From assembly GCF_006345805.1 (NCBI RefSeq), contig NW_021833493.1:1-28335 (forward strand): a stretch of DNA of 28,335 nt, in the 5' to 3' direction. The position numbers and the translations under genes were made by a program. A model generated the notes under the pieces. The model was not told the DNA's origin and did no database searches. It saw only the letters and a list, made by a program, of their open reading frames with translations. The DNA is from Octopus sinensis (lineage: Eukaryota). Below are positions 1 through 10,432 of the stretch, piece by piece (position 1 is the first letter of the stretch; every line of letters begins with the position of its first letter).

Positions 1-19
1 ATTTATTATTTTATTATTA

Positions 20-69
<50 letters not shown>

Positions 70-106
70 CCTTCAGGTCACTGCCTGGAACCGGACTCAG
101 AATCTT
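1..106 (-). mobile_element. Degenerate short tRNA-like SINE end with (AAT)n tail; (ATT)n microsatellite at 1-69
   Basis: Minus strand reads AAGATTCTGAGTCCGGTTCCAGGCAGTGACCTGAAG, a decayed B-box-like segment, running directly into an (AAT)n tract. Confidence 0.4.
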
Positions 107-568
107 ATTTTCCATATGGCCGATCGCTTGACTGTTCAGGTGGAATTCTGTTGTTTTGATTCAGAGAAGGTAAGCATGCAACACTACGTCCGGAGACAAT
201 GAAAAGTTGTTACTTCCACACACGCCACCTTAATTTAATTCATCCTTAGTCGAAAGACACCCGTTGTTAATGTCCTGTTATTTGTATTTGTGTACTATTT
301 CGCCGTTTTTTTTTCTGTCCTTGTTTCCGTATACATTCACTGCTTTCTTCCAAGGAATCTAATGATCTTAGATTAGTTTTTCCTTAGGGCTAGACAGATT
401 GGAGCAATCTCGAGTATAACTAGCCGAAATTGCAAAGATTATCTGGAACTCGACTGAGGAAAGATAACTCTGAATGACCCGTCCTTGTTTTCTTTGTATT
501 GTCTGTCTGGATGATTTGCGTTCTTGTCCCATTTTGGTATTATATATATATATTGCACTTTATTTATA

Positions 569-635
569 GGCGCAGGCATGGTTGTGAGGTAAGTAGCTTG
601 CTTACCAACCACATGGTTCCGTGTTGAGTCCAACT
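569..635 (+). mobile_element. SINE family A, 5' tRNA-like head fragment
   Basis: GGCGCAGGCATGGTTGTGAGGTAAGTAGCTTGCTTACCAACCACATGGTTCC matches the heads at 10433, 22997 and 28284; A-box-like and B-box-like segments are present. Confidence 0.8.
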
Positions 636-744
636 GACGAGAGCATTTGAACACAGAATGTAATGAACAAGAACAAAACTCCACTAAATATTCTACCCGA
701 TCCTCTCACTTCAACCAATATTCCACCCTAATAAGAATAATCCT

Positions 745-939
745 TTCTACTATAGGCACAAGGACTGAAATTTTAGGGAATAGGACCTATCGATTATATC
801 AATCCGAGTGTTGCACTCGACCCCGAAAGGATGAAATGCACAATCAACCTGAGTGAAATTTAAATTCAGAATGCAAAGACAGATAAACTGCTAAGCATTT
901 TGCCTGGCGTGCTAATGGTACTACCAGCAGGCCGCCTTA
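745..939 (-). mobile_element. SINE family B, diverged copy (tail type 2)
   Basis: TCGACCCCGAAAGGATGAAA and GCTAAGCATTTTGCCTGGCGTGCTAA align with the near-intact copy at 22748-22978. Confidence 0.8.
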
Positions 940-1887
940 TACATGTGTTTATATTAATCCTTGATTACTTTCATACTGCAAATTATTATATAATTATGTA
1001 AAAAACATACTCTTGCGCACGCTCAGAGAGACGCGTACATGAGGTTCCGCAGTTCACTAGCTCCGGTTTCATTAGATTTTATCAAGCAGAATTAACATTT
1101 CCATTGGTCTTACAGCAAATTTCCACGCTCGTTTCATAGTTCATGGATTACATGGTTCCATGTACTATGTATTCCCTTCTTTTTCAAAAGGGAGGATATA
1201 GGTTAAGGATGATGTAGTTGCTATTTCTAGCAATACAAGAGCCTATGTATAGCGTCGGTTATTCACTTTTTAGATATACCCATAAGTCTGTATTGGTTGT
1301 ATTAGTGTTTGTGTGTGTGAAATACATACACACACACATACACGTGTGTTTGTGTGTATCTGTACAAGACTACATATATATATACACACATTTAGAAATA
1401 TTAATATTTTTATTTTATATAGATATATATGTGTGTGTGTGTGTTAGTATGTATTATGTAAATATATATATATATATAACATATTTTCATGCATACACAC
1501 AGCCATAAATTTGTGTGCGTGTGTGTTTATGCAAATATATGCTTGTACTTTTAAATAAATCTACGTATCCCTGCATGTAGACTATATGCATTGCAAAGTA
1601 ATATTGCACCCTTTGACACACCTCCCACCCCAACACCCCGCTGCACGTGCAAGAAGCGGTCATAGACACCATCATCAGAGGGAAATGTTTTCAGCGGATG
1701 CCGTCAGCTATGACCAAACATATAGTTTGGCCGACCTTCCAAATGAGATATTTATCCGTACAACACCTTAAGCTGACCAATCACATCGCCAATCTCGCTG
1801 ACCAGCCCACCCTAAATACTAACTGAAGTGGCTGACTTCCAATCTTCTGCATTAACTAAACGACACTCTGCCATGTTCAAACATATG

Positions 1888-1927
<40 letters not shown>

Positions 1928-2211
1928 TACACACACACGTACGTACGTGCAAGCAAACACATACGCACGCGCACACACATCGGGTCGCGCACACTGGAAC
2001 TTGTGCATACACTTATGCATGCTCTTGCGTTTTCCTTTACATATATAGCATGTATGTGTGCATCTGTGATTGTGTGTGTGCGTTATGTACACATATGCAT
2101 AAATACATACACACACATATGAAATTATATAATAAGTATATGTATATATATATATAGATGTGGTGTATATATACTATAATATATAATATATGTATATGTA
2201 TATGTATATGT

Positions 2212-2250
<39 letters not shown>

Positions 2251-2500
2251 TACATATATAGACATAACATATATATGTAATGTATATATGTGTATATTTG
2301 TATATATATATTATATATATATATATAATATATATATATATTATATTGCTATATATATATATTGCTATATATATTATATAAAGTCGTCGATAGCTATGAA
2401 AAGGAAAGCATATTTAATGCAGAAATATAAGGACGCTAATAATCGTGTTTTTGCCGAATCTCACGTCCTTACATACCTAAGCATTATATACACAAGCACA

Positions 2501-2538
<38 letters not shown>

Positions 2539-3209
2539 AGCACACACATACACACAAACACTCACAGACATGCAGACACACGTGCACAGAAAGAGAGACA
2601 GAAACCACACACAATAAACACATGCAAGGGCAGATCTGCACAAATTAATTACACGCAGTATCTACGCTCATTGTGCAAACATGTACTTACAACCATAGCA
2701 ATCATACATATGATCAGGAGACTAGATAGCCACATACACTCATAGACAACACAGCCATACACATACACATACATCCACATCATATTGCATTGTGCTGCTC
2801 AAATTTAGGGGTATGTTCTCTAGGATCTATTTTCTACGCCATAACTATATATGTTGTTATTATATAGCCTGACATAGCAATTATTTTAATACATACCACA
2901 ACGCCAAAATGTACGCGCATGTATGTCTCCCTCACAGTATCTCTGTCTGTCTCTTTATATTTCCTACTGTTTCTCTCTCTTTCTCTCCTCATAAAAAAAA
3001 TATATATATGTATAGTTATAAACACACACACACAAACACACACACACACACACATATATGTACTATATGTACATGCATACTGGTACTTCGTGGTTCCCTA
3101 GAAATGGAAGGAACCACAGTTAAAGTACTCATAACATGATGAAGGGAGTATATTAATTTAGCGATAAGTGTCCCCGGCAGGAGCAATACCGTTATACATA
3201 TATATTTAG

Positions 3210-3248
3210 AGAGAGGAAAGAGAGAGAGAGAGAGAGAGAGAGCGAAAT

Positions 3249-3279
<31 letters not shown>

Positions 3280-3282
3280 AAG

Positions 3283-3357
<75 letters not shown>

Positions 3358-3382
3358 CAGGTAGACAGACAGACAGATAGAT
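3210..3382. repeat. (GA)n/(TAGA)n compound microsatellite
   Basis: Seen directly in the sequence. Confidence 0.95.
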
Positions 3383-3435
3383 ATGTACACATATCTATCT
3401 GTCTATCTATCTATTTCAACTGCTGGATTGGTGTT

Positions 3436-3477
<42 letters not shown>

Positions 3478-4214
3478 TCTATCTGTCTATCTATCTATCT
3501 CAACTGTTGGATTGTTGTTTCACGCACACACACACGCACACACACACACACATACACACATACACACACATATGATGTGTGTGTACACTATAAATCTGAT
3601 CTAATATTTGATTCGCTATTCTGTCATCCGGAGTACATGATATAGTAGTTAAATCTTCTTCAAACTCAATCCTACTTTTTCAAAAAAGCGAAATTGATCA
3701 AAAAAACTCATGGTCCAAAAAAGCATTGCAGGGATGGCAACCAAATTTGTTTATATCTAGAACAATATAAGTCAATGTATCTTTCTTTTGCAGTAGGTTG
3801 CAATATACAATTCTCACAGTTCTTTCGAGCATACTGAGTGACCGCTTGATACCTTTTTCTTTGGCTTGAAAAGACGTACTCGTTGATCTCCATCTGTATT
3901 AAGGAAACACAAAAGTCGATTTAATGTCTGGAATTTGTTAGCAAAAATATTCTAATAACATTAATTGATCCCATTTTACGAATCATTGAAATTAGAATTG
4001 GACGACGACAGGGTCAAAATTTTTGCCTTCCTTAATTTTTGTTGTTTTATATTATCGACTTTATATTATATTATCACTAGATCGATTTTTCATTTCAAAT
4101 TCTGTAAAGCGCGGTTGATGAAGTAGGTACCATTGGCACCCACCGGATTGTCGAATAGACTATACTCGGCTGCTATTAATGCTTGGCTTTATGCCTATAT
4201 AACAAAGCGATAAT

Positions 4215-4378
4215 ATATTACAAGGCCTCAAATTTGGGGAAAGGAATTAAGTCGATTGCATCGATCCCAATGCGTAACTAGTACTAATTTTATCGACCCC
4301 GACAGGATGAAAGGCAAAATCGACCTCGGTAGAATTTGAACTCACAACGTAATGGCAGACGAAATAACGCTAAGCAAT
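4215..4378 (-). mobile_element. SINE family B, 5'-truncated (tail type 2)
   Basis: TTTATCGACCCCGACAGGATGAAAGGCAAAATCGACCTCGGTAGAATTTGAACTC is the reverse complement of the family B body and B-box. Confidence 0.85.
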
Positions 4379-4485
4379 ATATAAATATAACGCTGTGGGT
4401 TGTCCAGTAGATACAGCTATAGTCAAGCCTTTGAAACGTTAGTGTTTCGCATCTATTCACCAATATATATATATATAAACATGCT

Positions 4486-4710
4486 GAACGCCATGATAGA
4501 TCGTTAGCTCCTACACGCATTTTTTTTCTGTCCTTGTTTCTCTCCTTGTTTTTGTTTTTTTTCTGTGTATCTTTCTGTCGAAGAGCGTAGGCTCGAAACG
4601 TAAGAGACTTGTTCTATTTCTATTCCTGAGTGCCATACTAATACAATTGTTTGTTTGTACTCCACCTGCCTTCGTCTTTTGTTTATTTTCGTAAACCTTC
4701 CCATTATATA
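4486..4710 (+). mobile_element. Solo copy of the Penelope-like element 3' terminal module
   Basis: Colinear with the reverse complement of about 8134-8350 (CGTTAG..ACGCATTTTTTTT..TGTATCTTTCTGT.GAAGAGCGTAG.CTCGAA.CGT..CCACCTGCCTTCGTCTT..CTTCCC). Flanked by TA-rich tracts. Confidence 0.8.
4570..4607 (+). ncRNA. Minimal type-I hammerhead-like motif, non-canonical core (copy 1)
   Basis: UCUUU / CUGUCGAA / GAGC-GUAG-GCUC / GAA / ACGU / A / AGAGA. This gives stem I, core, stem II, GAA, palindromic stem III, putative GUA cleavage triplet and the 3' strand of stem I. Confidence 0.55.
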
Positions 4711-5092
4711 AAAATGCATTTGGGTTGACAGAAAGGTTGTCGACTTTAGAATCAAAGGTTTCACATCGAATCAACAACAGTAAAATTTGTCTGTGAGAAA
4801 TACATTTAATAGTGAAACCGATGGTTTCCTTCTAATTCTTAACTTGCTATTCGCCACACTTCCTCCTTTTAGATTTATTCCATAGAATTGTGAACAAAAG
4901 CATTCCAGCTTTGACCGCGTTATTCTTGTTTCGGATGTAATGTATCTAGGACTAATTTTATTATCTTATGTGCGCATTTTTAGACTTTAGAAAGTTATTT
5001 CAGGGATATTTTAATGATGATTCTGCGTGGTAGATTCGCTCCTTTGCTCTCATTAATAACTTGGAGTGGCATATGTAACGTAATATTTAATA

Positions 5093-5464
5093 CGAGCAAA
5101 ACGCCCAATGGACGGTGCTGAGTTGTCAAACATCTGAACCAAATTTTCTCAAAACGTCTTGTCCGATCGTCCCATATGCCTCCCCTTTCAGAAACACTGA
5201 CTTAACCTAAATTTGAGACACCAGCAAAAGAATAAAGATAGACTTTTTTTCTATTCCAAGAAAAACGATTTTACAAATGCACGTTCCCACGGCTTTATCG
5301 ATCGCATTCTCACCTGAAATCGATTTTTGTAATTTTTTCAAGACTTATACACGCCCTGATACCGTCGGTATTTACATATCAAATTTGAGCGCAATCGGAT
5401 GGAGGATGCCCGAGATCCTTGAAGATACACACACAGACAGAAAGAACGGATTTTATATAATAGT
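5093..5464 (-). mobile_element. Non-autonomous Helitron-like element
   Basis: Minus-strand 5' end is (A)CTATTATATAAAA followed by CTGT/GT repeats, a degraded TC start. The 3' end has a GC hairpin CGTCC-ATT-GGGCG (5102-5114) a few nt before CTCG|T, a variant of the CTRR|T terminus. There is no coding capacity. Confidence 0.6.
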
Positions 5465-5624
5465 TATTAACAACTACCACAAAATAAAAACGGTAATGCG
5501 ATTTATTGATAGTGAGCGTTGCGAATTAAGGGAACACTTATCTCACCGGTACAAGAATAGGCAATTGCGATATACAAGAATCCTACCCAAAGAACACACT
5601 TATATTTATTCATTTAATTCGCAG

Positions 5625-6000
5625 GATCGGCAAGTGAAATATGTATCATGAATAAATATCAGGAAACCAGACTAGATATGAATATGGAGGCGACGAATTA
5701 GCAGAATCGTTAGAGCGCCGGGCAATGTGTTTGGCGTCATTTCGTCCATCTTTACGTTCGAAGTTCAAACTCCGCCGACGTCGACTTTGCCGTTCATTAT
5801 TTCGATACCGTTAAAAATCCACAAAATTGCTGGCCTTGTGCCAAAACTTGAAATCAGTATATATGAATATTGTTAATCGAAATACGTTAAACAATATTGA
5901 AGATGAACCAAAGTAAAAATCTGACAATATTTTTTTTTTTAATTTCAGATAACTCATTACTTTTTCTCCCTTTCCAATCGATAATAACAGTAATATACGA
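5625..6000 (+). repeat. Direct repeat, copy 1 (about 375 bp), containing a SINE family B fragment
   Basis: Near-identical to 6786-7159, from GATCGGCAAGTGAAAT to AACAGTAATATACGA. Confidence 0.95.
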
Positions 6001-6122
6001 GATTCGATTTCATCGATTTATACTCCACTTGATGAAAATATCTTTTATACATCAATGAATTAAATATTGATTTTACTGTAAAATCCTATACATTATATCT
6101 GTGATATATAGATATATGTATG

Positions 6123-6191
<69 letters not shown>

Positions 6192-6217
6192 TATGTATAT
6201 TATAATGTATATATTTA

Positions 6218-6251
<34 letters not shown>

Positions 6252-6283
6252 TTTATAATATATATATATATATAAGTATATAT

Positions 6284-6330
<47 letters not shown>

Positions 6331-6785
6331 ATATAATATTATATCTGCTGACATTTATCTGATTTTATATATTACATTATTTTATTTTATATCTGCTGGC
6401 ATTATATCTGTATATGTCTGGATTTAACGTTAGCTTTCTATAAATTAAACAAATTATATTGTATAAAAATATAACGACAAATTGGCATGAAATATCTAAC
6501 ATAATTTAATCTTGACGTAGTAAGAACTATTTAACAATAAATTTGTATAGGAACTACAATAACCTCCATTATTGTTAACATAGAATTCAATGATACGTAT
6601 ATTTTGCATCTTCAAACTTTACTATTGGAAGATGTAGATATATTATATTATTCAAAATTGTACACAGTGTATTTTTAATAACTACTTTGTAACCATTAAA
6701 AAGAAACTTCTGATATTATACAATGGCCTTAGATACGGGAAGAATAATGTAATGAAATGATATACCACGAAATTCTCCTAAATTT

Positions 6786-7159
6786 GATCGGCAAGTGAAA
6801 TATGTATCATGAATAAATATCAGGAAACCAGACTAGATATGAATATAGAGGCGACGAATTACAGCAGAATCGTTAGAGCGCCGGGCAATGTGTTTGGCGT
6901 CATTTCGTCCATCTTTACGTTCGAGTTCAAACTCCGCCGACGTCGACTTTGCCGTTCATTATTTCGATACCGTTAAAAATCCACAAATTTGCTGGCCTTG
7001 TGCCAAAATGAAATCAGTATATATGAATATTGTTAATCGAAATACGTTAAACAATATGAAGATGAACCAAAGTAAAAATCTGACAATATTTTTTTTTTTA
7101 ATTTCAGATATAACCATTACCTTTCTCCCTTTCCAATCGATAATAACAGTAATATACGA
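6786..7159 (+). repeat. Direct repeat, copy 2
   Basis: Near-identical to 5625-6000; the differences are mostly 1-2 nt indels. Confidence 0.95.
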
Positions 7160-7200
7160 ATTTAGATGGACAGAACATTTGATGGTTTAATGTGCCATAT

Positions 7201-7557
7201 ACTACCTCCGCCTTGGTGAAGGTGGAAGTATTGTTTCAGTAGTGTCTGTTTGTGTGTTTGTTTTTTTGTCCGTGGACAAGTTATCTCAAGATCCGCTTGA
7301 TGGATTCAGATGGAACTTTCAGGGATGTTTGACCTCCTGACTGGCACGAACTGATTAGATTTTGAGATCAATCCGGTACCGAGCAAGGATTCTGGATTAT
7401 TTTTTGAGAGTGGTGGGGCTCATTTTTAGTATTTTCGTTTGTGAGAGCAGTCGAGTTTATTTCAGATATTCTCAGCTCAAAAATCATCACTGGCTAATCA
7501 TTGAAAAGACGTTGGTTTTGCCTTGGCGGAGGTTGACGCCTTCTGATTGCTCTTGTT
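7201..7557 (+). mobile_element. Helentron-associated non-autonomous element (HINE/DINE-1/Pearl-like architecture)
   Basis: 5' subTIR ACCTCCGCC (7204-7212) with a nearby imperfect inverted partner (7219-7229). A short GTYT microsatellite follows. An exact 3' subTIR GGCGGAGGT (7525-7533) precedes a short terminal segment ending CTTGTT. Confidence 0.7.
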
Positions 7558-8231
7558 AATATTTAGTTGTTGTTCCTACTAATTAGAGTTAAGGAACATA
7601 GGTGAATAAATAAACACTTCAAGATTATGAGAGAAATGTAGATGAAAAGAACCCCAAAACCCCATAGAGAAGGATTAACACATTTTCCAACAAGTAATCA
7701 CAAAACGCTGCTCGGTTTAACGCCTCGCCTCTTCATTGTATAATTTTGATAGATTCTTCTTTAAAGAAAAAATTCTGATTGAGTTAGGAAACGCGGATGG
7801 TTTTCTTACACAGAAGTCGAAAAAAACGAAAAAAGTTAGTAGTGCCTTAGCTTCTGTGACTAAGCTATTAAAGTATGGAAAAGTGTATGGCTAAAAGTCT
7901 CAGGTATATATACACAGTCTAGTGATCAACACACATGCTGTTGCCCTCTCGACTGTGTGCACTGTACACAAAATCACAGTCCCGCGGGTTACAGCACACA
8001 TTTTCCTTCGACGTTTAATGGTTTCCGCCTCTTATTACTTACATACTACATACATGCATAAATATGCATGTGTATGTTTGTGTGGCGTCTATGTCTAATC
8101 TATATATTATATATATATATAATATATATATATACGGGAAGCTTTATGAAAATAGACAAGACGAAGGCAGGTGGAAAACAAACAAAATAATTGTATTAGT
8201 ATGGTGCTCAGGAAATATAATAAAAAACAAG

Positions 8232-8267
8232 TCTTTAACGTTCGAGCTACGCTCTTCAACAGAAAGA
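8232..8267 (-). ncRNA. Hammerhead-like motif in the PLE 3' module (copy 2, partly degenerate)
   Basis: UCUUU / CUGUUGAA / GAGC-GUA-GCUC / GA / ACGU / U / AAAGA. It lies in the sense orientation of the PLE ORF. Confidence 0.5.
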
Positions 8268-8431
8268 TACACAGAGAGAAAAAAAAACACAGAAAGAAGG
8301 AGAGAAAAAAAAATGCGTGCAGTAACTAACGAATCACATGGCGATCTGATTTCGGCCAGAGGTCAAAGATCAAACATGAGACGCGAGAGCGAAATAAGGG
8401 GAGATAATAGGGTTGAATGACCCTAGGATAG

Positions 8432-8630
8432 GTCTGGACAGGCGTATGTATGGGGTTGGTGTATGATTAGTATGTATAGTATGTATTAGTACGTATTAGT
8501 ATGTATAAGTGTGTGTGTGTGTATGAGAGAGTATAAGTGCGTATGAGGGGTCTGGACGTGGTATGTATAGGGTTGGTGTATGTATTAGTATGTATTAGTA
8601 TGTATTAGTACGTATTAGTATGTAATTAGT
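8432..8630. repeat. Two copies, about 118 bp apart, of a unit built on GTATTAGTA subrepeats inside the PLE 3' region
   Basis: GGTCTGGAC..GTATGTAT.GGGTTGGTGTATG..ATTAGTATGTA.. occurs at about 8432 and about 8550. Confidence 0.85.
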
Positions 8631-8689
8631 TGGTGTAGTATTAGTATGGCACATCATATATGATGTGATGTGTAAAGTCGTGTGGTGTA

Positions 8690-9030
8690 GTGAGGAGAAG
8701 AGGGGGAGGGGAGAAGAGGGGGGGAGAGTGAGGGAGAGAGGAGGGGAGAGAGGAGGGGGGGGGAGGGGACGAAGAGGGGAGGCGAGGGGGGAAGAGGAGA
8801 GGCGGGGGGAAGGAAGGAAGGGGAGGGAGGGAGGCGGAGGGGACGGAGGGGAGGAAGGGGAGGAGGGGAGAGAGGGAAGGAGGGAGGAGCAGAGGAAGAG
8901 GGAAGGAGGAGGGAGAAAGAGGGAAGAAGGGAAGGGGAGTAGGGGTGAAAGGATGAAGGACTGAAGAAGTAGGGGTCGGGGGGAAGGATAGGTGATGGGG
9001 GGGGGAGAGGGGGGTTAGATGAGGAGGGGT
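8690..9030 (+). repeat. G-rich polypurine tract of about 340 bp
   Basis: Almost purely G/A on the + strand with many G3+ runs. Confidence 0.95.
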
Positions 9031-9039
9031 GGAGAGTTG

Positions 9040-9934
9040 AGACCAAATGGGCGTATAAGAGCGAAGAGAGAAGATTAATTCCTGTTCACGGCGCAAACGG
9101 GATCCGGATGGCCTCTGTGTAAGGACAAACCGAACACAGATAGGTGTGACGGGTGGAGTGACCGGTGGATTGGAAAAAAATGGCGTGGACCGGTTGTGTC
9201 GTTCGCAAGGTGGATGTCACGAAGGTGTTCCGCGAACCGGTCAGCCAAGCGGAGTCCCGTTTGTCCGATGTACAAGGAATGCAGAGAGAGCAAGAGAGCA
9301 CTAGATATATTGCTGAGGTGCAAGTGTGATAATGGATTGCTTGGAGTGGATGGAGGTGACGATGAGTGGTTGTGAAGGATTGATGGGATGATGGGTATGA
9401 TAAGTGTGTGGTGGAATGTGATGGAGGAGTGTGTGGTGATTGAGGGAGTGGTTGAAGGACGTGGGAGGTAGGGTCAGGTGCTAGGAGCGGGTGGGTTGGA
9501 GAGGTAGGCGAAGTGCGGCAAAGTGGGCGGGGGAGCAGGGGGAACGGCCGGGTTGGGATGGTAGGGTCAGGAGGAGTAGTGGACCAAAAGGTCTCGAAGG
9601 TTGTGGAGCTCGTTTGAAAGAGGGGGAGGGTCGTTTCGGGAAAGAGGGGTTGAAGTTGGACGGGGGACTGGAGATGACGGGAAAGCTCGAAGAATGGTGC
9701 GTTGGAGACGTTAGGGTCGTGAGGTGGTAAGTGAGGGAGAAAGGGGAGGCGGGAGACTACAGGGCGGGTTCGGGGAGAGAGGAGCAGAGAACACGGTTCC
9801 ACGGACCGTGCTCTGGCAAGGGCGGTGTGGATGTGTGAGGGGGTATCCACGTAGGGTGAAGTGGTGAGCCATACGTTGAGACTGAGTCTCAAAGTCATGG
9901 TCGTCACTATAGAGCACTACGTAGACGGAGGAAT
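9040..9934 (-). pseudogene. Disrupted PLE ORF: C-terminal RT/thumb, Cys-rich linker and GIY-YIG endonuclease
   Basis: Motifs are split across ORFs 9711-9917, 9086-9907, 9075-9323 and 8641-9096. The YIGQTG motif lies near 9256-9272. Confidence 0.9.
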
Positions 9935-9944
9935 TATATATATA

Positions 9945-9991
<47 letters not shown>

Positions 9992-10058
9992 TATATATAT
10001 ATATGCACGTATATTTTTATATAGTATGCACGCACGCAATACACACATACTTATATAT

Positions 10059-10378
10059 TCTTTTCTTTTTTCAATCATTTGACTGCGGCATACTAGAGCA
10101 AGCGCTTCTTAAAGGTTTTAACCGAACAAAAATGCACCACAAGACTTATCTCGTAAGCCTAGTACCATTCTATCAGTCATTTTTGCTACATCGCTAATTT
10201 ATGAGGAGGGTAAACACCTAAACAAGGTTGTCAAGCAGTGATGGGCAGACAAATACCGGCACAACACACACACACACACAAACACACGTATATATATATA
10301 TATAATATATATAATATAGATATTAATATATATACGACAGGCTACTTTTAGTTTCCCTCTATCAAATGCTCTCATATA
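10059..10378 (-). mobile_element. SINE family A, diverged 5'-truncated copy
   Basis: TCAATCATTTGACTGCGGC..GTAAGCCTAGTAC..GGTTGTCAAGC, then the internal microsatellite, then CGACAGGCT; this is the reverse complement of the family A 3' domain and core end. Confidence 0.8.
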
Positions 10379-10432
10379 TATGTGTGTGTATTTATATATA
10401 CATGTACGTATGTATGTATGCATATATTAATA

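Larger units (their letters stand above)
8134..9934 (-). mobile_element. 5'-truncated Penelope-like retroelement (Neptune-like) with 3' UTR and terminal module
   Basis: Frameshift-corrected translation: FLRLR..SDDHDFETQSQRMAHHFTLRGYP..LTYH..ILRAFRHLQS..SFKRA.NLRDLLVH..FPCSRPLCRT..SLYIGQTGLRLADRFAEHLRDI..STGHS..LSVFGLSLH..REQELIFSL. This is the RT thumb end, Cys linker and GIY-YIG domain of PLEs. TA tracts flank both ends. Confidence 0.9.

Noticed and set aside
1620-1870. GC-richer patch with three CCAAT motifs as a promoter or exon
   Set aside because: The motifs are short and common, with no linked gene, splice structure or recognisable product.
3083-3128. 8-bp inverted repeat GTGGTTCC/GGAACCAC
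   Set aside because: Too short to exceed chance in 28 kb, with no other support.
8641-9096. Pro-rich and Gly/Glu/Arg-rich ORFs
   Set aside because: They arise from the polypurine/polypyrimidine tract; only the first ~20 codons of 8641-9096 belong to the PLE ORF end.
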